NCBI GenBank assembly: GCA_963707635.1 | Contig: OY970173.1 | Coordinates: 1,888,001 to 1,952,000 of the forward strand | Origin: Candidatus Latescibacterota bacterium | GTDB lineage: Bacteria; Krumholzibacteriota; Krumholzibacteriia; WVZY01; JAKEHA01 | Length of the DNA: 64,000 nt | Direction: 5' to 3' | Shown: one piece after another, positions 48,461 through 58,635 of the stretch | Layout of the letters: every line of letters begins with the position of its first letter | Numbering within the stretch: the stretch's first letter is position 1 | Translations under genes and position numbers: made by a program | Notes under the pieces: generated by a model | The model's input: the letters and a program-made list of their open reading frames with translations, nothing else | Databases searched by the model: none | Told to the model about the DNA's origin: nothing

Positions 48461-49867
48461 ATGGCTGCCGTGCGCATCTATGATCAGGACTTCCGATACC
48501 TTCTCCTCCACCTGGTGCCCCAGCACCGGCTGTCTCCCGGACTCCGGCGAGACGTCGACCATGCGCTCCGGAACGGGGAGACCGGCGCACTCCGGCGCGA
48601 GGCGATCCGAGCGCTCGAGGAGCTTTGCGAGAGCGCCTACTTCGAGCGCACGGGGGTGCGCGCCGAGAACGGCCGGGTCGTCGTCGGGTACCGACGCCGG
48701 GGAGGGAGCTACCAGTTGAGTGTCGCCCTCCCGCGCGCGGAAGAAGCGTGGCTCCTCCCGGCCGCGCCGGCAGTTCCTCCCGCAGCGCCTCCCGCCCCGG
48801 ACGCGGTGGAATCGACCGAAACGCTCCGCACCACGAATGCGGCGCCGGCGCCGCATGTCGCCGGGCCCGACGATCGCGCCGCGGTTCCGCAGGCCGATGA
48901 GATCATCCCCGTCATCATGCGCTCGTTCGCGATCGTCGATCGCGCGATGCCCGTGCTGGAACGAATCGACGTGCTGCTGGGTGCGCTGGAGCGTTGGCTC
49001 GGAATGAGCAACGTGGGGCTCGACGTGCTGGAAGACACGCTGGTGGCGGGTGAGGCGGACCCGCGGGCGCGCGTGCGGGTGCTTTCCGAGGCGGACCTGC
49101 GCGCCTCCGAAGTGGCGCGCGCCGCCATTGAATCGGGTACCCGCCGGCTGATCCCGCGCGCGAACCTCGACGCGCCGGGCCCGGGGGGCGCGGCGTGGGA
49201 TGTGCTCGGCATCGCGCCGATCTTCGCCCTGGGCAAGGTGGTCGGCGCGCTGCGGGCGTGCTTTCCCGCGGGGCTCGACCGGACCGCCATGGACGCCGCG
49301 CTCGAGACGGCGACAGGGGTGGTGCGGCACGTGATCGAGTTCCACCACCAGTTCGAGAACCTCACCTCGGTGGACTCTCTCACGGGTATCTACAACCGGC
49401 AGTTTTTCGATCGCCAGTTGCCGGTCGAAATCGAGCGCGCGATGCGCTCCGGGACGGCGCTCTCGATGCTCGTCGCCGACATCGACGATTTCAAGCGCAT
49501 CAACGACGACCTCGGCCACAAGAAGGGCGACGAGGCTCTGGCCGCGGTGGCCGACATCATCCGGCGCAACCTCCGCAAGATCGATACTCCGTTCCGCTAC
49601 GGCGGCGAAGAGATCGTCATCCTCCTCCCCGGCACGCCCGAGTTCGAGGCGGTGCACACCGCCGAGCGTCTGCGGCGCGTCATCCAGCAGCACCGCGGCT
49701 TTCGTGACGGTCGCGGAAACCCGCGCGAGGTCACGGTGAGCGTCGGCGTGGCCGTCTACCCCGACACGGCGAAGACCGGAGACCAACTCTTCTCCCAGGC
49801 CGACGAGGCCATGTACCGCGCGAAGCAACGCGGCAAGAACCAGGTGGTGCTGTACTCCAACTCGTGA
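48461..49867 (+). CDS. Cytoplasmic diguanylate cyclase (unknown N domain, GAF-like, GGDEF)
   Basis: DSLTGIYNR, DIDDFKRIND.LGH.KGD, an RKID I-site and RYGGEEI. Confidence 0.9.
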   Translation: MAAVRIYDQDFRYLLLHLVPQHRLSPGLRRDVDHALRNGETGALRREAIRALEELCESAYFERTGVRAENGRVVVGYRRRGGSYQLSVALPRAEEAWLLPAAPAVPPAAPPAPDAVESTETLRTTNAAPAPHVAGPDDRAAVPQADEIIPVIMRSFAIVDRAMPVLERIDVLLGALERWLGMSNVGLDVLEDTLVAGEADPRARVRVLSEADLRASEVARAAIESGTRRLIPRANLDAPGPGGAAWDVLGIAPIFALGKVVGALRACFPAGLDRTAMDAALETATGVVRHVIEFHHQFENLTSVDSLTGIYNRQFFDRQLPVEIERAMRSGTALSMLVADIDDFKRINDDLGHKKGDEALAAVADIIRRNLRKIDTPFRYGGEEIVILLPGTPEFEAVHTAERLRRVIQQHRGFRDGRGNPREVTVSVGVAVYPDTAKTGDQLFSQADEAMYRAKQRGKNQVVLYSNS

Positions 49868-49888
49868 GCAACCGCGCGGCAAACGCGC

Positions 49889-51376
49889 GTGTGGGTGGGG
49901 TGGTGGGGGATGGTGTGGGTGCTCTCGGCGTGCGTCGTGCTGGGGACGGCGGGACGCTACGGGTTCTCGGGAGGAATAGCCGCGTCGCTGCTCGGCTGGG
50001 CGCTGTGGCGGCGCGACGGGAGCGCGGCCGGTTACGCGCTGCTGGCCGCTCTGTGCACCGCCGTCGGCGCCGGCGCGACGCTCCGCCACGACGCGGACGC
50101 CCGGTGGGTGGCGGCGGCGGCGGCGCGCGCCGGAGGCGCCCTCGTCGAGCTGCACGGGCGCGTCGACGACTTTCCCCGCACCAGTCCCTACGGCGTCTCC
50201 TTCGCATTCGCCACCGTCATCGACGGGCGTCCGGTCCGGCTGCTGGTGCGCGCGTCCTTCTTCGACGTCACGTACGGGGACCGCTATTCGCTGCGCTCGC
50301 GACTCGCCGCGGCGCCCCCGGCCTCGCGCGCGGCCTTCGATGCCCGCGGTCTCTCGGGTTGCGCGCGCGTCGAGCTTCGAAACGCGCGGCGACTCGAAGG
50401 AACGGGCGGATGCCCGGTGACGCGCGGCGTGCTGTGGCCGCTGCACCTCGCCGCACGGGTGCGTCTGACGCGCGCACTCGGCGACCGTGCGGCGCTGGCG
50501 AACGGAGTCCTGCTCGGCGAACGGAGCCAGTTCGACCGGCGCACGCAGGCGGCGATCAACCGCCTCGGCATCATGCATCTGATCGCGATCAGCGGCATGC
50601 ACCTGACCACGGTGGCGGCGTGCGCGGTGGCGATCGGCCGTCTGGCGCCGCGCTGGAGCGGCGTGTGCGTCCTGCTCGCGGTCTCGCTGTACGCCGGCGT
50701 GGTCGGCGGCGTGGACTCGCTGACTCGCGCCTACGTGATGGCACTGATCCTGTTCGGCGCGCGCGGACTGGTGCGGCCGCTGCGCCCGGTGGACGCGCTC
50801 GGCAAGACGCTCTGGCTCATGCTGCTCGCGTCGCCGCTGTCGATCCGGTCCGTCGGTCTCCAGCTGTCGGTGGCCGCGACCTTCGCCGTGCTGGTGGTGC
50901 TTCCGGAGTTGACCGCGCGCCCGCGCCCGGCGGCCTCCTGGCTCACACGGGCGCTGGTCTCGAGCCGGCGGGCCGTCGTCGGCGCCTTCGTGTTGAGTCT
51001 TGCGGTGGAAGTGTTCATCGCACCGCTCCAGCTCCACTATTTCGGCGCGGTCAGCGCCGTCGGCCCGATGGCCACCGTCGTCTTCTTCGTGCCCGTGTCG
51101 ATCGTGCTCGTGGGGGCGCTGGGGCTGGCCGCGTTCGCCGGTATTCCGCTCGCCGGGCCGGCGCTAGCACGCGCACTCGAGTGTGCGTCGGAGTCCACGC
51201 GCACGCTCGCGCTGGCGCTGGCCGGTTGGGTGCCCGACCCGGTCGCGCTCCCGGTACCGCACGCGTTTCCATATTACGGCGGGGTCGCGTGGGTGTGGGC
51301 GACCCGGCGCCGGCCGTGGCTCTGGCCCTGGGGGATCGTGGCCATCGCGGCGTCGTTCCGGTCTGGACCGTGGTAG
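49889..51376 (+). CDS. comEC: ComEC/Rec2 competence protein (no C-terminal MBL domain)
   Basis: GVLLGER, LGIMHLIAISGMH, SLTRAYVM and GLQLSVAAT, with many TMs. The start may be ATG 49910. Confidence 0.8.
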   Translation: MWVGWWGMVWVLSACVVLGTAGRYGFSGGIAASLLGWALWRRDGSAAGYALLAALCTAVGAGATLRHDADARWVAAAAARAGGALVELHGRVDDFPRTSPYGVSFAFATVIDGRPVRLLVRASFFDVTYGDRYSLRSRLAAAPPASRAAFDARGLSGCARVELRNARRLEGTGGCPVTRGVLWPLHLAARVRLTRALGDRAALANGVLLGERSQFDRRTQAAINRLGIMHLIAISGMHLTTVAACAVAIGRLAPRWSGVCVLLAVSLYAGVVGGVDSLTRAYVMALILFGARGLVRPLRPVDALGKTLWLMLLASPLSIRSVGLQLSVAATFAVLVVLPELTARPRPAASWLTRALVSSRRAVVGAFVLSLAVEVFIAPLQLHYFGAVSAVGPMATVVFFVPVSIVLVGALGLAAFAGIPLAGPALARALECASESTRTLALALAGWVPDPVALPVPHAFPYYGGVAWVWATRRRPWLWPWGIVAIAASFRSGPW

Positions 51377-51455
51377 CGCGTGACGGAAGAATTTTTCGTG
51401 TGTGCCTTCGGGGGCGGATGCTATAGTGGCCCCTCCGACGACGGGAAGGGTGTTC

Positions 51456-52082
51456 GTGACCTCCGTACGATGCCGAGTGGCCGTTCTGGCCTCGGGCCGC
51501 GGCAGCAACTTTAGAGCCCTCGCCGAGCGCTGTCAGGATGCGGCGTTCCCCGCCGAGGTGGCGTGCCTCGTCACCGACGACGATCAGTCCGGCGCGGTCG
51601 CCGTGGCCGAGAGCCTCGGGATTCGCTGGCACGCGGTCGACGCGGGGGAGCGGCGCGGCCGGCTCCGCGCAGGCGCGGAGGCCGAGATCGTCCGCATTTG
51701 CGAAGCCGAGCGCGCGGGGCTGGTGTTCCTCGCGGGATTCATGCGCGTCCTCGAGGGCGAACTCCTCTCCCGGTTCGACGGGCGGATCTTGAACGTCCAC
51801 CCCTCGCTGCTGCCGAGCTTCAAGGGACTGCACGCGCAGCGCCAGGCGCTGGAGTACGGTGTGAAGGTGGCGGGGTGCACGGTGCATTTCGTCGATGCGT
51901 CGGTCGACGGCGGGCCGATCGTGTTGCAGGCCGCCGTCGGCGTGCGCGACGACGATTCGGTGGAGAGTCTGCGCGCCCGCGTGCTCGAGGCCGAGCACCG
52001 GATCGTTCCCCGCGCGGTGGAATTGTTCGCACGCGGACGGCTCCGCATCGAGGCCCGACGCGTTCTCGGAACCGATGACTGA
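51456..52082 (+). CDS. purN: Phosphoribosylglycinamide formyltransferase
   Basis: VLASGRGSNF, LAGFMRVL, NVHPSLLPSFKG, GCTVHFV, DGGPI. Confidence 0.95.
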   Translation: MTSVRCRVAVLASGRGSNFRALAERCQDAAFPAEVACLVTDDDQSGAVAVAESLGIRWHAVDAGERRGRLRAGAEAEIVRICEAERAGLVFLAGFMRVLEGELLSRFDGRILNVHPSLLPSFKGLHAQRQALEYGVKVAGCTVHFVDASVDGGPIVLQAAVGVRDDDSVESLRARVLEAEHRIVPRAVELFARGRLRIEARRVLGTDD

Positions 52083-52137
52083 CTCCCGGCCGGCGCGGGC
52101 AGCGGCGCCGTCACGGGTCCGACACGAAGGAAACCCC

Positions 52138-53037
52138 ATGACTCGCTCACTCGCCAGCACCCGCGACCTCGGGCTTTCGCCGGATCGCGCGGGGAAAGTC
52201 CGCGACGTCTTCGACCTCGGCGATCGGCTCCTGATCGTCTCCACCGATCGCATCAGCGCGTACGACGTGATACTGCCCACGCGCCTGCCCGGCAAGGGCG
52301 TCCTGCTGACGCAAATCACGCTCGGCTGGTACGAACACTTCGGCGCGTCGCTCAAGACGCACTTCCTGACCGCGGAGACGTCCGAGTACCCGGCGCCCTT
52401 CGGCGGGCGGACCGAACTCACCGGCCGCAGCATGCTGGTCGCCAAGGCGCGGCGTTTCGACGTGGAGTGCGTGGTTCGCGGATACTTGAGCGGGTCGGGC
52501 TGGAAGGAGTACCAGCGCTCGAAGTCGGTGTGCGGGATTCGCCTGCCGGACGGGCTCACCGAATCCGCCGAGCTGCCCGAACCGATCTTCACCCCCGCCA
52601 CCAAGGCGGACAGCGGCCACGACGAGAACATTTCCTTTGCCCAGATGTGTGAGATCGTCCCGCGTGCGACGGCCGAGAAGCTCCAAAGTATGAGCATCGA
52701 CTTGTACGCGCGGGGACGGGACTACGCGCGCGGTCGCGGCATTCTCCTGGCCGACACGAAATTCGAATTCGGGTTGATCGACGGCGAGGTCACGCTCATC
52801 GACGAGATGCTCACCCCCGATTCGTCGCGCTTCTGGCCCGCCGACCGCTACGCGCCCGGGGGGCCGCAGGAGAGCTTCGACAAACAATTCGTGCGCGACT
52901 ACCTGGATCGGAGCGGGTGGGACCACAACCCGCCCGGGCCGGAGCTGCCGCCCGACGTGATCGCCCGGACCATCGCGCGTTACAAGGAAGCCCACGACCT
53001 CCTGTTTCCGCACCGCCACGTGGAGAAATATCTGTGA
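52138..53037 (+). CDS. purC: SAICAR synthase
   Basis: GKVRDVF, TDRISAYD, ECVVRGYL.GSG, ADTKFEFG, TPDSSRFW, DKQFVRD. Confidence 0.95.
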   Translation: MTRSLASTRDLGLSPDRAGKVRDVFDLGDRLLIVSTDRISAYDVILPTRLPGKGVLLTQITLGWYEHFGASLKTHFLTAETSEYPAPFGGRTELTGRSMLVAKARRFDVECVVRGYLSGSGWKEYQRSKSVCGIRLPDGLTESAELPEPIFTPATKADSGHDENISFAQMCEIVPRATAEKLQSMSIDLYARGRDYARGRGILLADTKFEFGLIDGEVTLIDEMLTPDSSRFWPADRYAPGGPQESFDKQFVRDYLDRSGWDHNPPGPELPPDVIARTIARYKEAHDLLFPHRHVEKYL

Positions 53038-54596
53038 AGAAGACAATGAAAGCCGTGACCGCCCTGGTGAGTGTCACCGACAAGTCCGGGCTTGCGGAGC
53101 TCGCGACCGCCTTCGCCGAATGCGGGGTGCAGATCATCGCCTCGTCCGGGACGAAGGCGTTTCTCGAGTCGAGCGGGATTGCGGTGGAGGAAATCTCCGC
53201 GTACACGGCCAGCCCCGAGATTCTCGGGGGGCGCGTGAAGACGCTGCACCCGAAGATCCACGGCGGCATTCTGGCGGACCGCGACAACCCCGAACACCTC
53301 CGCACGCTCGAGACGCACGGCACCCGCCCCATCGATTTCGTCGTCGTCAACCTCTACCCGTTCGAAGAGAAGTACCGCTCGGGCGCGAACGCCGACGACA
53401 TGATCGAGCACATCGACATCGGCGGGATCACGCTCATGCGCGCGGCCGCGAAGAACCACCGGCACGTCACCGTGTTGACGAACCCGTCGCAGTACGCGGC
53501 CGTGATCGAACAATTGAAGAAGGACGGCGGCACCTCGCCGGCCACGCGCGCGCGTCTGGCGGGCGAGGCGTTCGCGTTGACGGCGACCTACGACGCCGCC
53601 ATCGGGCGCTATCTCCGGGACCAGGCCCCCGGCAACGGATTCCCGGAACGGATCGCGATCGGGCTGACCAAGGTGACGGACGTCCGCTACGGCGAGAATC
53701 CCCACCAGCGCGGGGCGCTGTACCGCACCGTGGCCGACTCGCCGTTCGTCGCCATGTCGCAGACGCAGGGGAAAGAGCTCTCGTTCAACAACTATCTCGA
53801 CGTGATCGGCGCGTTCGCGCTGGTGCGGGACCTGGGAGCGGGCGGGGTGGCGATCATCAAGCACAACAACCCGTGCGGTGCCGCGTGGAAGCGGGACGTG
53901 CTCGAGTCGTGGCGGCGCGCCCTCCAGACCGATCCGGTGAGCGCGTTCGGCGGGGTGGTGGCCGTCAACGGGTCCGTGAGCGCGGCGCTGGCGGAAGAGA
54001 TGGGCCAGGTGTTCCTCGAGGTCGTGCTCGCGCGCGCGGTGGACGCCGCCGCCGAGCCGATTCTCGCCAGGAAGAAGAACGTACGCGTGGTGACGATCCC
54101 GGACCGGTACTGGGAGCCGGCGCCGGCCGGCGCGATGGGCGTCTGGACGCACGACGTCATGCTGGTCCAGGACGACGACGCCGGATTCCCGGAGCTTGAC
54201 CGGATCGAGACGGTGACGCGGCGCGCGCCCACCGACGCTCAGGTGCTCGCGCTCAAGATGGCGTGGAAGGTCGCCAAGAACGTGAAGTCCAACGCCATCG
54301 TCGTGGCCGACGTCGACGGGACGGTGGGAATCGGCGCGGGGCAGATGAGCCGTGTCGACTCGTCGCACCTGGCGACGCGCAAGGCGGCGACGGCGGCGCT
54401 CGCGGTGGCGGGCGCGGTGGCGGCGTCGGACGCGTTCTTTCCGTTCCCGGACGGCGTGCTGGAGCTGGCGCGCGCGGGCATCGCGGCCGTGATCCAGCCC
54501 GGCGGATCGATTCGCGACCGCGAGGTCATCGACGCGGCGAACGAAGCGAACCTCGCGATGGTGTTTACCGGCAGACGGCATTTCCGTCACCTGTAG
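53034..54596 (+). CDS. purH: Bifunctional AICAR transformylase/IMP cyclohydrolase
   Basis: SVTDKSG, GGRVKTLHP, IDIGG, RYGENPHQ, KHNNPCG, GAGQMSRV, TGRRHFRH. The start may be ATG 53046. Confidence 0.95.
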   Translation: MKKTMKAVTALVSVTDKSGLAELATAFAECGVQIIASSGTKAFLESSGIAVEEISAYTASPEILGGRVKTLHPKIHGGILADRDNPEHLRTLETHGTRPIDFVVVNLYPFEEKYRSGANADDMIEHIDIGGITLMRAAAKNHRHVTVLTNPSQYAAVIEQLKKDGGTSPATRARLAGEAFALTATYDAAIGRYLRDQAPGNGFPERIAIGLTKVTDVRYGENPHQRGALYRTVADSPFVAMSQTQGKELSFNNYLDVIGAFALVRDLGAGGVAIIKHNNPCGAAWKRDVLESWRRALQTDPVSAFGGVVAVNGSVSAALAEEMGQVFLEVVLARAVDAAAEPILARKKNVRVVTIPDRYWEPAPAGAMGVWTHDVMLVQDDDAGFPELDRIETVTRRAPTDAQVLALKMAWKVAKNVKSNAIVVADVDGTVGIGAGQMSRVDSSHLATRKAATAALAVAGAVAASDAFFPFPDGVLELARAGIAAVIQPGGSIRDREVIDAANEANLAMVFTGRRHFRHL

Positions 54597-54602
54597 TCGA
54601 CG

Positions 54603-56141
54603 ATGGCAGCCAACGGCGTTCTCATTCTGGATTACGGCTCGCAGTTCACGCAGCTCATCGCGCGCCGCATACGTTCGAAGGGCGTGTTTTCGGAAGTGCT
54701 GGCGTGGAACACGCCGCGCGCGCGCGCCCTGGCCAACCACCCGCGCGCGGTAATTCTCTCCGGGGGCCCGTCGAGCGTCTTCGAGCCGGGGGCGCCGACG
54801 CTGCCCCCCGACCTGTGGTCGTGGGGAATTCCGGTGCTCGGGATCTGCTACGGCATGCAGCTCGTCGGGCGCGAGCTCGGCCTCGAGGTAGTTCGCGCCG
54901 GGGCCGCCGAGTACGGGCACACGCGCGTGCGCGTCCAGACCGAGCACCCGCTGTTCCGGCGCACGCCGGCCGAGCAATCGGTGTGGATGAGCCATGGCGA
55001 CCGGGTGGTGGGCGGCGACGCCGACCTCCGCGTGCTGGCCACCTCCGGCGACGACGAGATGGCCGCGTTTCATTACCCGCCCCGCAACGTCTACGCGGTC
55101 CAGTTCCACCCCGAAGTGCACCACACCGCCTACGGGGACACGATTCTCGAGAACTTCCTCTTCGACGTGTGCGCGTGCGAGCGCACCTGGTCCGCGGGCG
55201 CGATCGTGGACGAGATGGTGCGGGAGATTCGCGAGCGCGTCGGCAACCGTCGCGTGATCTGCGCGGTGAGCGGGGGCGTCGACAGTTCGGTGGTCGCGTG
55301 CCTGGTCGACCGCGCCATCGGCATGAACCTCTTCTGCGTGTTCGTGGACAACGGGCTGCTCCGCGCCGGGGAGCGCGAGGGGGTCGTCGAGTTGCTGGGA
55401 TCGCACCTGTCCGCGCCGCTGGAAGTGGTGGATGCGCGCGCGCGGTTTCTCGCTCGTCTCGCCGGGGTCGACGACCCGGAAGAAAAGCGTCGCCGGATCG
55501 GCAACCTGTTCATAGAGATCTTCGAGGAGGTCAGCACCGCGCGCGGGCCTTTCGATTTCCTGGCGCAGGGGACGCTCTACCCGGACCGCATCGAGAGTTT
55601 CTCGACCGGGGGGCCGTCGGTCACGATCAAGACGCACCACAATGTCGGCGGACTTCCGGAGAACATGCGCTTCCAGCTGGTGGAGCCGCTGGCGCTGCTC
55701 TTCAAGGACGAAGTGCGCGCGGTGGGCGCGCAGCTGGGGCTGCCGGCGGAACAGCTTCGCCGCCACCCGTTCCCCGGGCCCGGGCTGGCGGTGCGCGTGC
55801 TCGGCGAGGTGACCGAAGAGAAACTCGGGATTCTCCGCCACGCGGATCGGATCTTCATCGACGCGCTCAAGGAGTACGGGCTCTACGACCGGGTGTGGCA
55901 GGCGCTCGCGGTGTTGCTGCCGGTGCGCAGCGTCGGCGTGATGGGTGACGCGCGCACGTACTCGTTTCCGGTGGTGTTGCGGGCGGTGACGAGCACCGAC
56001 GGGATGACGGCCGACTGGGCGGATCTCCCCGCCGATTTCCTCCGCGAGGTCTCGAACCGGATCATCAACCAGGTTCGCCACGTGAACCGGGTTGCGTACG
56101 ACGTGAGCTCAAAACCCCCGAGCACAATCGAGTGGGAGTGA
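54603..56141 (+). CDS. guaA: GMP synthase (glutamine-hydrolysing)
   Basis: LDYGSQF, GICYGMQ, QFHPEV, SGGVDSSV, IKTHHNVGG, KPPSTIEWE. Confidence 0.97.
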   Translation: MAANGVLILDYGSQFTQLIARRIRSKGVFSEVLAWNTPRARALANHPRAVILSGGPSSVFEPGAPTLPPDLWSWGIPVLGICYGMQLVGRELGLEVVRAGAAEYGHTRVRVQTEHPLFRRTPAEQSVWMSHGDRVVGGDADLRVLATSGDDEMAAFHYPPRNVYAVQFHPEVHHTAYGDTILENFLFDVCACERTWSAGAIVDEMVREIRERVGNRRVICAVSGGVDSSVVACLVDRAIGMNLFCVFVDNGLLRAGEREGVVELLGSHLSAPLEVVDARARFLARLAGVDDPEEKRRRIGNLFIEIFEEVSTARGPFDFLAQGTLYPDRIESFSTGGPSVTIKTHHNVGGLPENMRFQLVEPLALLFKDEVRAVGAQLGLPAEQLRRHPFPGPGLAVRVLGEVTEEKLGILRHADRIFIDALKEYGLYDRVWQALAVLLPVRSVGVMGDARTYSFPVVLRAVTSTDGMTADWADLPADFLREVSNRIINQVRHVNRVAYDVSSKPPSTIEWE

Positions 56142-56185
56142 CGCGTCCGGTTGTCCAGGCCCCGCGTCCGCCGTATACTCAAACC

Positions 56186-58540
56186 ATGACCCGTCGTTCG
56201 GTCATGGCGGCCATCGTAGCCCTGCTTGCGGGTGTGACGCTCGTCCACCCCGTCGATCCCCGGGCCTCCAAGGTCAAGGACGCTATATCACCAGGCAACA
56301 TAACAACTTACGTGGCATCGCGCTCCCGGGTGCTCGCGACCCACGGGGAGTGGGCGCTCGCGTGGGACGCGCTGCAGACGGAGAGCAGTCGCGCCTCCGC
56401 CGATCTGGCGGTCAGCGTGCTCACGCGACTTCGGCGCTACGCTGCCGCGGAGAGCGTCCTCTCTCGACTCCTCGTCGACAGCGATCGGGACCGTTTCTTC
56501 CGGCAGGTGCAACTCGCCCGGTTGCAGCTGGAAGCCGGGCAGGTCGAGCGCGCGCTCGAACGGCTCGCGGCCATCGAGGCTCTCTCCGACCCGGTGTACG
56601 GGGCGTATCGGGATCTCGTGCTGGCGCAGGCGCGGTTCGCCGCGGGTGACGCGCCCGGGGCGGCGGGCGTGATCGACCGCGCGCTGCGTTCCGGCGCACC
56701 GGCCGCCGTGCATCCCGCCATCGACGATGTGCGAATCGACGCGCTGCTCGCGCTGGGGCGCGCGCCGGAGGCGCTCGCGGCGGCCCGCGACGCGATCGCG
56801 GATGCGCGCGACGCGGACACCCGCGCGCGCATGCTGCGCCGAGGCTACGACATTGCCACCGACTCCGGCGACCGCGTCGAAGCCGCGCGCAGCGCGAGCG
56901 CGCTGTTCGACGAGCACCGGCGGTCGCGCGACGCGCAGGAATGCGCCACCGATTTCGTGGGCCGGGCGGCGGCGGCGCAGGCGGCGCCCGGGGTCCTGCT
57001 CTCGTGCGCGTCGGTGTTCCAGGCACACGGCCGCGGTGCCGAGCTGCGGCGAGCACTGCGACTGTTGGATGCGCGGGCGCTCACGCCCGCCGAGGCGGAG
57101 TTGCGGCGCCTGCTCTGGGGCGAGTATCACTTCATGAGCGGCGACTTTTCGCGCGCCATCGCGCTGGCGCGGCCTTCCTATGCGGACGACGGGTTGCGGC
57201 GCCGCTCGATGCTCCTGCTCGCGCGCTCGTTTCGCCGGGTGGCGCGCGCCGCCGATGCGGCGAGCGTATACGCTGCCTTCGCCACCGCGTTTCCCAACGA
57301 CCCCCTCGCGGCCGAGGCGATGTACACGGCTGCCTCGCTGTACGCGGACGCCGGCAGGGCCTCGGAAGCGAATCTCCTTCTGGACAACGTGCGGCGCGCG
57401 TATCCGTCGACGTTCTACGGATGGGCGGCGGCGCTGGAGCGCGCGAGCCGGTTCGAAAACGACGGACGGACGCAGGACGCTGCGGACATTTACGAGCAAT
57501 GGCTCACGCGGTCGCGGCGCACCGACGAAGCCGCGTTGTTCTACCTCGCGCGCGCCCGGGCAAGCAGCGGCGCGCAGGGGGAGCCGCGGATGCTGCTCGA
57601 CGAACTCGCGGCGGTGAACCCGTTCTCGTTCTACACCCGCCCGGACGTGACGGGCTGGGCGCTCGGCCCGCGCGCGGCGGTGGGGGACGCCGAGCGCCGC
57701 GACGCGCTTTCCGACTGGCTCGCCGGCACCGAAGCGCGCCGCGAACAGGCGTACCGCCGCGTGCTCGCGTCGGCGAAGGCGGCGTCGGCCCGGGACGGCG
57801 ATGCGGAGGTCGGGCTGGTTCGCGCCCGCCGATTCCTCGAGGCCGGGTTCGACGACTGGGCCCAGGAGGAACTGGAGGTTGCGTTGCGCGAAGGACTCGA
57901 CGGGGCCCCGGAGGCGCTGCGCATGGCGCGGCTCTTCGATGAAAACGCGATGCCGTGGCGCAGTGTACGCCTCTACGAGCGCGCGCGCGCCGGCATGCCG
58001 TGGGAAGACCGCCGCGCGCACGCGGATGATTTTCGTCTCCTGACCTATCCGATCCCGTACCCGGCGCAAGTATTCGAAGCCTCGTTCGCCAACGACCTCG
58101 CCCCGCACCTGCTGTACGGGTTGATTCGGGAAGAGAGCCATTTCGAAAGCGAGGCGGTGTCGCGCGCGGGTGCGGTCGGGCTGATGCAGCTCATGCCGGA
58201 GACCGCGAGCCGCGTGGCGGCGCAGATGGACCTCTCCTGGGAAGGCCCCGATCAACTCGGGAGCCCGGACGTAAACGTGGCGATCGGCGCCTGGTACGCC
58301 GCCGACCTGCTCCGCGACGGACGCGGGAGCGTGGCGTGGATGCTCGCCGCGTACAACGCGGGGCCGGGCGCGGCGAAGCGCTGGATCGCGCCGGGAACCG
58401 TGGGGGAGGCGGTGATCGACGCCGTCGAGTCGATCGACTACCGCGAGACGCGAGGGTACGTGAAACGCGTGGTCGAGTCGGCGAATGTCTACCACGATCT
58501 CTACTTCGGTGGTGGAAGGGCGACCGGCGCTCCCCGCTAG
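56186..58540 (+). CDS. TPR-containing soluble lytic transglycosylase (Slt-like)
   Basis: Signal peptide, helical repeats, and IREESHF, GAVGLMQLMPETA, AAYNAGPG, ETRGYVKRV. Confidence 0.9.
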   Translation: MTRRSVMAAIVALLAGVTLVHPVDPRASKVKDAISPGNITTYVASRSRVLATHGEWALAWDALQTESSRASADLAVSVLTRLRRYAAAESVLSRLLVDSDRDRFFRQVQLARLQLEAGQVERALERLAAIEALSDPVYGAYRDLVLAQARFAAGDAPGAAGVIDRALRSGAPAAVHPAIDDVRIDALLALGRAPEALAAARDAIADARDADTRARMLRRGYDIATDSGDRVEAARSASALFDEHRRSRDAQECATDFVGRAAAAQAAPGVLLSCASVFQAHGRGAELRRALRLLDARALTPAEAELRRLLWGEYHFMSGDFSRAIALARPSYADDGLRRRSMLLLARSFRRVARAADAASVYAAFATAFPNDPLAAEAMYTAASLYADAGRASEANLLLDNVRRAYPSTFYGWAAALERASRFENDGRTQDAADIYEQWLTRSRRTDEAALFYLARARASSGAQGEPRMLLDELAAVNPFSFYTRPDVTGWALGPRAAVGDAERRDALSDWLAGTEARREQAYRRVLASAKAASARDGDAEVGLVRARRFLEAGFDDWAQEELEVALREGLDGAPEALRMARLFDENAMPWRSVRLYERARAGMPWEDRRAHADDFRLLTYPIPYPAQVFEASFANDLAPHLLYGLIREESHFESEAVSRAGAVGLMQLMPETASRVAAQMDLSWEGPDQLGSPDVNVAIGAWYAADLLRDGRGSVAWMLAAYNAGPGAAKRWIAPGTVGEAVIDAVESIDYRETRGYVKRVVESANVYHDLYFGGGRATGAPR

Positions 58541-58635
58541 GGGGCGAAAACCCGCCGCTTGCACAATGCCCGCCGTCGGCGCGCCTCCAATCTTTCTCTT
58601 ATCGGCGCGGCTGCAGTTCGCTACCATCCGCCGCG

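Noticed and set aside
52980..56081. Very long antisense or alternative-frame ORFs (e.g. 1033 aa here, 912 aa at 17986-20724, 873 aa at 48416-51037)
   Set aside because: They are shadows of well-supported genes in high-GC DNA, are Arg/Ala/Gly-rich and carry no motifs.
49889..56141. comEC-purN-purC-purH-guaA adjacency as a DNA-uptake/purine system
   Set aside because: These are ordinary housekeeping genes. A separate -10-like TATAGT precedes purN, so the adjacency needs no special explanation.
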